Shown in pieces: positions 48,732 through 57,290 of a stretch of DNA of 64,000 nucleotides; position 1 is the stretch's first letter, and every line of letters begins with the position of its first letter. A model generated the notes under the pieces. The model was not told where the DNA came from. It made no database searches and was given only the letters and a program-made list of their open reading frames with translations. The DNA comes from Salinispira sp. (lineage in GTDB: Bacteria; Spirochaetota; Spirochaetia; DSM-27196; Salinispiraceae). A program made the position numbers and the translations under genes. The DNA is taken from NCBI GenBank assembly GCA_965602015.1, contig OZ271918.1:2240001-2304000 (forward strand), in the 5' to 3' direction.

Positions 48732-50144
48732 CTGTACGGAATCGAAATCGAGGGTGCCCGATCAGAGAATCAGTATCGTCAGCTTTACCGGCAGCTTCGG
48801 GAGCGTATTCTCGAAGGAGATTTCAATCCCGGGGAACGTCTGGCGTCGACCCGTGAGCTGGCATCCTCCCTGAAACTGTCTCGCAACATTGTGCTCGAGG
48901 TCATGGATCAGCTGGCCCTTGAGGGATTTGTGGAGAGCAGGCAGGGGTCAGGGACCTTTGTTAGTTCCCATCTTGTTGTGGCGAAGCGAACCAAACCGGG
49001 TTCCCCTTCCCCTCCTCCTCTGCAGACCGGTGCCCATGCCGCCCAGAAGGATTGCATCAATCTTGTCGCCGGTTTTCCCGATCCAGAGTTGTTTCCCCGG
49101 AGGGCCTGGAGCAGGTGTTACTCTCAGGTCATCGAATACGCCGGGACGAGCACCCTCGGTTATCCGTCACCAGGGGGAGAATGGAAACTGCGGGAAGAAA
49201 TCGCCGGCTACCTGTACCGGAGCAAGGGCATCTCGGTTGACCCGTCTCAGGTTTTTATCACATCGGGTACGGCGGGGGCGATGGGCATTCTCAGCGAGCT
49301 GGCCGGCAACCATGGGGATAAACGTGCGGTACTGGAAGACCCAATGGCCCCGTTTATCCGGCCGATATTCGAATCCCGGGGGTTCGCTCTTCAATACTTC
49401 TCGGTTGATGAAGAGGGCCTGATTCCCGGATCCTGGAAAACCGGTCCGGCGGATTACCTCTACGCCTGCCCCTCACATCAGTTTCCCCTCGGCGGGGTGC
49501 TTCCTATGAAAAGGAGAAACGATCTTATCGAACAGGCCAGGGCAGCCGGGGCATACATAGTAGAAGATGATTATGACGGGGAGTTCCGCCATGAAGGACG
49601 TCCCTTGGCCCCCCTTCAAATCCTCGACCCCGAACGGGTTATTTTTATCGGTTCGTTCAGCAAAATATTCTCGCCGGCCTTCAGGCTGGGCTATATGGTA
49701 GTTCCCCCGAAGCTGTCAGCGAAAATGCTCAGGCTATCCGCCCGATGGGACCTTCTGATAAGCGCAACAGAACAGGCGACCCTGGCGTCGTTTATGCAGA
49801 GCGGCGCCCTGGAAAAACAGCTTCGGCGCAACCTCAAGCATTACCGGAATAAAAAACAGAAGATCGAGGAAATAATTGCGGGGCAATTCGATTCGGACTG
49901 CGCGGTCGGCGGCAGCGATACCGGTCTTCACCTGGTGCTGGGCTTCAAGGGAAGACGCTTTGATGAGCAGGACCACCACACACTGATGTCAGCGGGGATA
50001 CGCATAAAGCCGGTGAGCATGTACTCAATAAACTACACGCAACACTCGGATAAAATCGTTTTGGGTTACGGACAGAGTTCCCTGAATGATATCGCCCGGG
50101 GCCTGGGCATTCTGGCTTCGTATTTGACAGGAAAAACCGGATAA
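48732..50144 (+). CDS. MocR/GntR PLP-dependent regulator (probable CTG start)
   Basis: GntR wHTH (LASTRELA, QGSGTFV); PSHQFP, IVEDDYD and GSFSK. Confidence 0.88.
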   Translation: MYGIEIEGARSENQYRQLYRQLRERILEGDFNPGERLASTRELASSLKLSRNIVLEVMDQLALEGFVESRQGSGTFVSSHLVVAKRTKPGSPSPPPLQTGAHAAQKDCINLVAGFPDPELFPRRAWSRCYSQVIEYAGTSTLGYPSPGGEWKLREEIAGYLYRSKGISVDPSQVFITSGTAGAMGILSELAGNHGDKRAVLEDPMAPFIRPIFESRGFALQYFSVDEEGLIPGSWKTGPADYLYACPSHQFPLGGVLPMKRRNDLIEQARAAGAYIVEDDYDGEFRHEGRPLAPLQILDPERVIFIGSFSKIFSPAFRLGYMVVPPKLSAKMLRLSARWDLLISATEQATLASFMQSGALEKQLRRNLKHYRNKKQKIEEIIAGQFDSDCAVGGSDTGLHLVLGFKGRRFDEQDHHTLMSAGIRIKPVSMYSINYTQHSDKIVLGYGQSSLNDIARGLGILASYLTGKTG

Positions 50145-50172
50145 ACAAGTATTAAAGCAATAGATTAGGTGG

Positions 50173-51819
50173 ATGCCGATGAAATTTCGAATCGGCCGCT
50201 TTATTCCTTTCGGGATTTTAGCGACCGTGCTGACCTTAACAGTCCTGCTCGTAATCAACAATGCGGAAGACCGGCGTTACGTAGCCTCATTCCGGGATGA
50301 AAAAACCCAGGCAAGCCTCTACATCCGCTCGACGATAGAACAGGAGTTGAACTCCCGCCTGTTTATTATCAGCGGGCTATACGGTCTTGTGCGCTACAAT
50401 CCCGAGCTGACCATGGATGAGTTTCTTACCTATATCGATTCCATTCCCCAGGAGGTCGCACGGGTCCAGTCAATCCAGTTGGCTCCCGGAGGCACCATTG
50501 CCATGCTCTATCCCCTGGAAGGAAATGAGGAAGCGCTTGGTCTCGATTTATACGCTCTGGATCATGTACGGCCCATTTTGGATGAAATCCGCAGCGAGAA
50601 TCGCTTTATGGTTCAAGGTCCGATTTCCCTGGTACAAGGGGGGAACGGCATCCTCGGAAGAACACCGGTGTTTCTCCGCAATGGCGATTTCTGGGGCTAT
50701 CTGGCGGTGCTTATAAATTTCGACGATTTGATGGATTTTGTCGGGGAGCTGGCAATTCAGCGGGATCTTCTTATCGGGCTGAGAGGTTTTGACGGCAGGG
50801 GCGCGGAAGGAGACTGGTTCTACGGCGATGAGGATATGAGCGATCCGGTGGTGAGCGAAGTGCTGTTTCGCGGTGGCAGCTGGATTCTTCACGCAGCCCC
50901 GGTTTCCGGCTGGCCGCGAACCAGGCCTTCATCGCGAAGTTTTGTTATTCTGAGCGCCATTGCCGCACTCTTCATCGGCGCCGCCGCAGCCTATGTCGCC
51001 GCCATACGCGCCGGCCAAAGTCAGCGAAATGCCGAGCTGCTGGTTCTCCAGCAGCAGCTGATAAAATCCGAGCGGAGCGCCGTTTTAAACGAAACCGTGG
51101 CCGGTATTTCCCACGAGGTGACAAATCCGCTTGGGGTGGCCTACACCGCCCAATCGGTTATTTCCGATGAACTGCGAAGCCTTGCCGCAGCCATAGGTGG
51201 AGAGGGACCATACGCCGCGCAAATTGGCAAACTCCGCCAAAGCTCCGAGCTGGCACAGGGAAATCTCGAGCGGGCGAAGGAGCTGCTTTCCAGTTTTCGC
51301 AGCGTCTCCGCAGCCCAGTTCGCCGATGATCTGGACGAGTTTAACATCGTTCAAACCGTGGAGCAGTGTGTCGAATTGCTCAAGCCGGAAGCACGGAAAA
51401 ACCGGATAAGCCTGCAGTTCGAAGCCTCCGGTGAGTTTATTCCGGTTCGAAGCTATTCCGGGGCCATCTCAATAGTTGTCACTAACCTGGTGCTCAATGC
51501 CCTTCGCCACGGCTTTATCTCCGCTACACCCATTGAAAATCCCCGGGTGACCCTTTCATTGAGACCGGAGGGGGAAGAAATCGTATTAAAAGTCAGGGAC
51601 AACGGAATCGGCATCGCCGAACAAGTCCGGCCGAGCATCTTCAGACCATACTTCACCACCGCAAAAGACCGCGGAGGTACGGGTTTGGGCTTGAGCGTGG
51701 TGCACAGCCTGGTGAGTGAGAATCTCAGCGGTGACATCGACGTGGCCAGCAACCCCGGCGAGGGCAGCGAGTTTACCGTCCACTTTCCCCGCCGGATTTC
51801 AGGGGCAGAGCAGGTGTAG
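50173..51819 (+). CDS. CHASE-domain sensor histidine kinase
   Basis: YPLEGNEEALGLDL, GPISLVQGG, FWG; SHEVTNPL, GGTGLGLS. Confidence 0.88.
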   Translation: MPMKFRIGRFIPFGILATVLTLTVLLVINNAEDRRYVASFRDEKTQASLYIRSTIEQELNSRLFIISGLYGLVRYNPELTMDEFLTYIDSIPQEVARVQSIQLAPGGTIAMLYPLEGNEEALGLDLYALDHVRPILDEIRSENRFMVQGPISLVQGGNGILGRTPVFLRNGDFWGYLAVLINFDDLMDFVGELAIQRDLLIGLRGFDGRGAEGDWFYGDEDMSDPVVSEVLFRGGSWILHAAPVSGWPRTRPSSRSFVILSAIAALFIGAAAAYVAAIRAGQSQRNAELLVLQQQLIKSERSAVLNETVAGISHEVTNPLGVAYTAQSVISDELRSLAAAIGGEGPYAAQIGKLRQSSELAQGNLERAKELLSSFRSVSAAQFADDLDEFNIVQTVEQCVELLKPEARKNRISLQFEASGEFIPVRSYSGAISIVVTNLVLNALRHGFISATPIENPRVTLSLRPEGEEIVLKVRDNGIGIAEQVRPSIFRPYFTTAKDRGGTGLGLSVVHSLVSENLSGDIDVASNPGEGSEFTVHFPRRISGAEQV

Positions 51820-51825
51820 AACCGC

Positions 51826-52941
51826 CTACAAAAATCTCGGCGCAATCAGCGCAAGGGTTACTATGAGCCCGGCCAGATACCATACTTTATTCCATTTGAA
51901 CACCCTGTATCCGTCCATTCCCTCGAATGGAATAAAGGGAAGCGCCTGGTAAATGAGCACCGGGGTATACAGCGCCTGCAGTCCCTCAGCCAGGCCGGAG
52001 GGTCGCAGGAGATAGCTCGCAGCAAAAATCGCCAGGGTGGCAGCCCAGGCGGCGAGAGCCGCCCTGCCCTCATATTGCTTGAACCGGGAATAATGCCAGA
52101 TGCTCTGTTTGGGAACCCACATGCCGAAATGAGGCCACCATGCTCCAAGAAGCCCCAGAAAAACACTGTAAAAACCCCCGCCATGGGCATTCTGAAAGCC
52201 CAGTTTGCCATAGGCCCGGGCGAAGGGGAAGCTCACCAGCATCCGCACTAAAGTTGTGCCGATTATCATAGTCCCTGCCCCAAGGAGCCAGTCAGCGCCT
52301 ACACGGCCAAATCGTCCGACGCCCAGCGCGGCGATAGCGGCAATGAGCAGGCCGACGGCAATGCCCCGGACCGCTCCGGGCGGCCGGTGGGTTTGGCGGC
52401 CAACAGGGCTGGTAGTTGGGCCGGTAGTTCGGCTGGTAGTTGGGCTGGTAGTTTTGCCGTCGGGTTGCTGAATGGAATCGCTTCGCAGCCAGAGACTGTA
52501 TCCCGTATTGGCAAAAGTCATCAAAAAGAGATACAAGAATCCACCCAGGGAATACGGAAAAATGCCCCGGAAGTACGACGGGATGTAAAACCCCCGCTCT
52601 GCGAACATATTCCATGACGGCGTATTATCGTCCCTGATCAGCGCAAGCTTGTCCCCGCAGCCCGTGGCGCTCAGCTCAACCAGTCCGCGCTCCAGAAGCT
52701 GCGGTCCGAGTCCCCGGCCCCTGCCGGGTTTATCGACAAAGATAAAATCGATCATACCGGCGCTCTTCCCGATTTTTTTGAGAATTACCCCGCCGACCAT
52801 GAGCCCCGACCCATCCTGTGCGTAGACCGCCCATTTTGGTTTGGCTGGTACAATAATCCCGCTGCCGGGGCCAAAAACTTTCCGGGCCAATGCGGCGACG
52901 GCTCTCGCTTCCTCATCACTGCGGACTGCGAAGTATTCCAT
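51826..52941 (-). CDS. GNAT domain fused to multi-pass membrane domain
   Basis: FVDKPGRGRGLG; C-terminal TMs with LPFIPFEGMDG. Confidence 0.7.
   Translation of the reverse strand: MEYFAVRSDEEARAVAALARKVFGPGSGIIVPAKPKWAVYAQDGSGLMVGGVILKKIGKSAGMIDFIFVDKPGRGRGLGPQLLERGLVELSATGCGDKLALIRDDNTPSWNMFAERGFYIPSYFRGIFPYSLGGFLYLFLMTFANTGYSLWLRSDSIQQPDGKTTSPTTSRTTGPTTSPVGRQTHRPPGAVRGIAVGLLIAAIAALGVGRFGRVGADWLLGAGTMIIGTTLVRMLVSFPFARAYGKLGFQNAHGGGFYSVFLGLLGAWWPHFGMWVPKQSIWHYSRFKQYEGRAALAAWAATLAIFAASYLLRPSGLAEGLQALYTPVLIYQALPFIPFEGMDGYRVFKWNKVWYLAGLIVTLALIAPRFL
52406..52453. repeat. 4 x 12-bp tandem repeat (consensus GGGCTGGTAGTT), in-frame linker
   Basis: Encodes TTSPTTSRTTGPTTSP. Confidence 0.9.
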
Positions 52942-52954
52942 GGAGCCTCCCCAA

Positions 52955-53086
52955 TCAGCTCATTTTTTTCGGTTTACAGAGTTTTTTGCTGTTCTTTGCG
53001 CTCCGCTCGCATTTTTTGCAGATGTAGCAATCTCCGGCATGATTTTTTTCCCGGTATTCCTTTTTGCTGAGTTTGCAGCGCTTCAT
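52955..53086 (-). CDS. Small basic Cys-rich protein (43 aa), not in the ORF track
   Basis: MKRCKLSKKEYREKNHAGDCYICKKCERSAKNSKKLCKPKKMS; TATAGT lies 7 nt upstream. Confidence 0.65.
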   Translation of the reverse strand: MKRCKLSKKEYREKNHAGDCYICKKCERSAKNSKKLCKPKKMS

Positions 53087-53196
53087 GGCCTTTACTATAG
53101 TCTGCGCCACTGACGATTGCCACCGACGAACGAAAGGGATTTAACAATACGCAAACTCCGGAGTACAATGGAGCCAGGGGGACATGCCGAGCGCCG

Positions 53197-56100
53197 ATGG
53201 CGGCAGGTATTGACACAGATATGGGCCCGATAGAGGATAATCTACAATATCTCGTCAGAATTCTCGAGAAAGACACCGAAGGTTTCAGACTCCTGCTGTT
53301 GTATGCCGGCAGAGACAGCGCTGAACAGGCGGTGGATGTCGGCCGTTTTACTTCAAACAACGGCGTGCTGCGGATTTACCCCCTCGATTCTCCGGCCCGG
53401 GAACCCTATTTTCCCTTTCTGAGGATGGTCCTCGAAAGCGCCGGTCCGGTAAACATGTATCCGGCCCAGAAGGAACTGTGGGAGCAGGTCGCACAAGACA
53501 AACCGGTGAGACGGGGAGAAGAAGTTTTACCGGGGGAGCGGGAATACGAGTACGGAAAATTAATTGACACCCTCCACCACAGCCTCGCCGAAGCACTCTC
53601 CCCGGGAGAGCTGATCTTCATCCCCAACGGCCACCACCTCCGGCAGGCCAGCGTCGATGTCATTGAGGCTCTTGCGGCGGGCGAGAGCCCCATGTTTATA
53701 ATCTTGTCGATGGATCCGGCAATCTCGCCGGAACTCAGCGACCGGCTATCCCAGCTTGCCGAGACCCACGGAGCGGTTCTCGATTTGGGCGACGACATAT
53801 CCCGAAAACATCATGAGCCCCCATCCCCCTCAAACATTTTGTCGGGTTCGCCACTTCAACGGGCGTATTCGGCTTTTCACTTCATGGATTATTCCTGCGC
53901 CGAATATCTGCTGCAGCTTGCTGCGGAGGGAGAGCCTGACTCGGCTATCGAGCTCTTAAAAGGGCGTATTTTCCTTAAAAAATCCCTGGACGGTGATGCC
54001 CTGACCTCATTTCAAAACGCCCTCACCTGCGCCCAGCATGAAGGCGATGATTTAGCCGTCGCCGAGTCATATTATCAGTTGGCCCGGGTTTACTTCGATC
54101 GGGAGGACCTTTCGCAATGCGAAGCCATGGTGCGCCTCTGCGCGAAAAACGCCGGAGTTGTTTCTGACCCCCGGCTGCTGTTTTACGCGGATTTTTTTCG
54201 CTTTCTTATTGAGGACAAGCAGAGAAAGTTTTCCCCCGAGAGCTTTCGGCAGCAATACTTCAATCTGCTCTCCGCAGCCGAAAGCCTGGGCTACCACTTG
54301 AGCTATGTCTACGTCAGCGTGAACCCATTTGGGCTGTACTCGAACTACGACGCCGAAATAGAAGCGCAGCACGCCCGGGGAATCGAGCTCTGCAGGGAAC
54401 TCGGCAATGAACATCTGCTCGCCTTCGGCTTTCAGACCCTCGGTTTGGCAAATGCGGTCCAGGGCAGGTACTCGGAAGTCCTACCGTATTATGAGAAGAA
54501 TCTCGAACTGACAAAAAAACTCGGTCACCCCCTTCAGATAGCCTATTCGCGAAACGGCCTCGGCTTTTTTAACTATCTGATGGGGGAATACGATGAGGCC
54601 CAGCGGCAATACCGGCAGGCCTTATCCCTCCTGCTTAACTGCGACGACCTGCATGAGATCGGCATGACCCTCTTTAACATGGGCATGAACGCCCTGCTTG
54701 CCCGCAAGGCTGAACAAGCCATGCAGTTTTTCAAATTCTGCCTGGAGCTGCTGGAAACCCGGGGGCGGCGAAATCTGGCATACCATTCCGAACTGGGCAT
54801 CCTGGTGGCCTACGCCGTCGCCTGCTACAATGCGGGGAACTGGGCCAAAGCCTGGCAGATCGACGTGGATATTACCCGGAAAAAACTGAAACCAATACCC
54901 GATAAAAACGAAGAATATTTCCTCCTGCACATGCTGGAAGCCCGCAAACATGAACAGCACGGCGATTTTGCCGAAGCGCTGCGCTGCTTCGATGAGGCCC
55001 GGGAGTTTCTCTACCGGAAGAACGACAATATCAGCTATTTTGAGGCGTTCTTTATGTACGAAATGCAGGCATTTTACGGCCGCCGGGAGGATTCCCAGGC
55101 CCGGAATGCCCAGCTCGATGCCCTAAAGAAGTCTTTAAAGAAACGGCAGAACAGCTTTTACACCGAGCTGATCGACGGAAAAAACAGCACAGAAGACGAG
55201 TTCTGGGACATTGAAGGCACCCTCAGTTCCGTGGTTCAAAAAGCCCGGCAGGACAGGGAGCTCAACCGGATGTACGGCAAAATGCGCGAACTGCAACTGG
55301 TGAGGGATATACAGGAACTCTTCGTGCACGCCGATCAACGATCAGATTTGATCCGGCAGCTTATCGACCGCATCTTCTCGACCCTCGACGTGCGGGAGGT
55401 CGGCTTCAGAAAATCGGGGAAATCCGGCGATTATTACCTGCGCTGCATACCCGATGAACACCCCGATCCCCTGCGCCTGTTTAGTTCTGCGCTTCCGTCG
55501 GAAAACAGGGATGAAATCGTCAGGATTACCGTCCGGGGTGAAAGCGGAGAATACGGAATCCTGGCCATGCGATTCCCTGCGGAAGACAGCTCCCAGGAAG
55601 ATAGCGCCCAACTATTGCCGATCATCGCATCCCAGCTCGCCCTGGCCTTCGAGCGCATCGGTCAGCTCGAGCTCATCGAAAAGCAGAATTCCCGGCTTCA
55701 GATCAGCAACCAGGAACTGCGAAAGCGATCGCTCACCGACCCGCTCACGAATATCGGCAATCGGGCGGCGCTCCGCCAGTCCCTCAACCGGTACTGCGCG
55801 GTATACCGCCGCAGTGATACCCGGGGACTGTTCTCCCTCTTATTCATCGATCTGGATAATTTCAAAATCGTAAACGATCTGCTAGGGCATGATCAGGGTG
55901 ATGAACTGCTAAAGGCCGTGGTGAATGAAATGGGCCGTCAGGTACGAGAAAGCGATGAGCCCTTTCGCTTCGGGGGAGACGAGTTTATTTTACTATTGCC
56001 GGCAACCGACGGCGACGGTGCGGAAAAAACGGCGGAAAAGCTCATTAATTCCCTGCGGGCGGAAAACCTGATGCCGCCGGAGCAGCTCAAGCTCATACCC

Positions 56101-56259
56101 GAGAGGCGGCGCATGTCGGTCTCCATCGGGGTAGTCTGTCCCAACGACATGCCAAGCGTTCAGATACGAGCCGAGGACCTGCTGGGAATTGCGGACCAGG
56201 AAATGTATACCGCAAAAAAACAGGGGAAAAACCGCTACTCCCGCTTTCGCTCAGAATAA
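53197..56259 (+). CDS. TPR-containing diguanylate cyclase
   Basis: TDPLT, FIDLDNFK, RESD I-site and RFGGDEF; central TPRs. Confidence 0.88.
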   Translation: MAAGIDTDMGPIEDNLQYLVRILEKDTEGFRLLLLYAGRDSAEQAVDVGRFTSNNGVLRIYPLDSPAREPYFPFLRMVLESAGPVNMYPAQKELWEQVAQDKPVRRGEEVLPGEREYEYGKLIDTLHHSLAEALSPGELIFIPNGHHLRQASVDVIEALAAGESPMFIILSMDPAISPELSDRLSQLAETHGAVLDLGDDISRKHHEPPSPSNILSGSPLQRAYSAFHFMDYSCAEYLLQLAAEGEPDSAIELLKGRIFLKKSLDGDALTSFQNALTCAQHEGDDLAVAESYYQLARVYFDREDLSQCEAMVRLCAKNAGVVSDPRLLFYADFFRFLIEDKQRKFSPESFRQQYFNLLSAAESLGYHLSYVYVSVNPFGLYSNYDAEIEAQHARGIELCRELGNEHLLAFGFQTLGLANAVQGRYSEVLPYYEKNLELTKKLGHPLQIAYSRNGLGFFNYLMGEYDEAQRQYRQALSLLLNCDDLHEIGMTLFNMGMNALLARKAEQAMQFFKFCLELLETRGRRNLAYHSELGILVAYAVACYNAGNWAKAWQIDVDITRKKLKPIPDKNEEYFLLHMLEARKHEQHGDFAEALRCFDEAREFLYRKNDNISYFEAFFMYEMQAFYGRREDSQARNAQLDALKKSLKKRQNSFYTELIDGKNSTEDEFWDIEGTLSSVVQKARQDRELNRMYGKMRELQLVRDIQELFVHADQRSDLIRQLIDRIFSTLDVREVGFRKSGKSGDYYLRCIPDEHPDPLRLFSSALPSENRDEIVRITVRGESGEYGILAMRFPAEDSSQEDSAQLLPIIASQLALAFERIGQLELIEKQNSRLQISNQELRKRSLTDPLTNIGNRAALRQSLNRYCAVYRRSDTRGLFSLLFIDLDNFKIVNDLLGHDQGDELLKAVVNEMGRQVRESDEPFRFGGDEFILLLPATDGDGAEKTAEKLINSLRAENLMPPEQLKLIPERRRMSVSIGVVCPNDMPSVQIRAEDLLGIADQEMYTAKKQGKNRYSRFRSE

Positions 56260-56302
56260 GCCGAAGTGTGTGCAATCTATCATAAAAGCGGAATGAATCA
56301 AC

Positions 56303-56815
56303 TCACTCTGCCACCTGCACGGTGATTACCTCGCCGTAAATCATACTGTGATACGGCTCTCCGTCGTAAAAACCCGCAATGAGTTTTTCATCGATGATTC
56401 CCTCGGGACGAATCGCTTCCAAATATATTTTCCGGCATTCGATGCAAATATCCGCCTCCTGAAAAGAAGGCGCAGCCACCCGGGATGCCGCCACAGCATG
56501 CAATCCAGTCCTGGAAAGCTTATCGCCATCTCGTCCCGTCCATGCCCCCAAATGGCTCAGGTCCTTCCGGAATTCCCGGGGGAAGGCTGTGAGGGTAAAG
56601 CTTTCATACTCGCCGAGAAAATCGTGAGTGTAGCGGTTGGGGCGCACGGCGGCAATAAAACACGGCCGGTTCCACATGCTGCCCAAAAACCCCCACCCGA
56701 CCGTCATGCAGTTGTACTTTCCGGAGCTAAAATCCCCGGCTGTGAGCAGCATCCACCGCTGCAGCAAAAGCTCGCTTATTGATACCGTAAAATCATCGGG
56801 GTGGATTTCCCGCAT
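56303..56815 (-). CDS. Flavin reductase-family protein
   Basis: NCMTVGWG, VRPNRYT and GRDGDK. Confidence 0.85.
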   Translation of the reverse strand: MREIHPDDFTVSISELLLQRWMLLTAGDFSSGKYNCMTVGWGFLGSMWNRPCFIAAVRPNRYTHDFLGEYESFTLTAFPREFRKDLSHLGAWTGRDGDKLSRTGLHAVAASRVAAPSFQEADICIECRKIYLEAIRPEGIIDEKLIAGFYDGEPYHSMIYGEVITVQVAE

Positions 56816-56880
56816 TGCCGTCCTCCTCTATACTCCATCTGCCCGATAGTATAGCATGCATACCGAAGACCCGCTGGCTT

Positions 56881-56931
56881 TCGCACATATCGACATCGCA
56901 CATATCGACATCGCACATATCGACATCGCAC
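56881..56931. repeat. 3.4 x 15-bp perfect tandem repeat TCGCACATATCGACA
   Basis: Read directly from the sequence. Confidence 0.92.
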
Positions 56932-57290
56932 CAAACGGCATATCGTCGGCGGTTCAAATTCATAACGAGTGGCTCAATCAGATTAATAATGGCTGGGATA
57001 TTTTCATACGCCCGTTTTTCGGGTTGAATATGCCCGGCAGCCCCTTACCCGTATTTCTTGTTGTCAGCGATGAAGGCCCTGGCCTGGCTTCGAACTATCA
57101 CGCCGGAAGCTACATCGGGCTCCGTCGGGAAAAAGTAGGCTTCTATATACGGGGTAAAATGGACCTGTTCCTTGGACTTCATTTTTCAGCTGGTGTGGTT
57201 TTTTAATGCCATAGGCTGTAGTTGTGGTGTTCTGTAAACCGGGGTTATAATTACCACCTCTTTTGATAAATCGCCCAGTGACCGGATAGT

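Noticed and set aside
56881..56931. Possible CRISPR array
   Set aside because: Head-to-tail 15-mers with no spacers, and no cas genes in the window.
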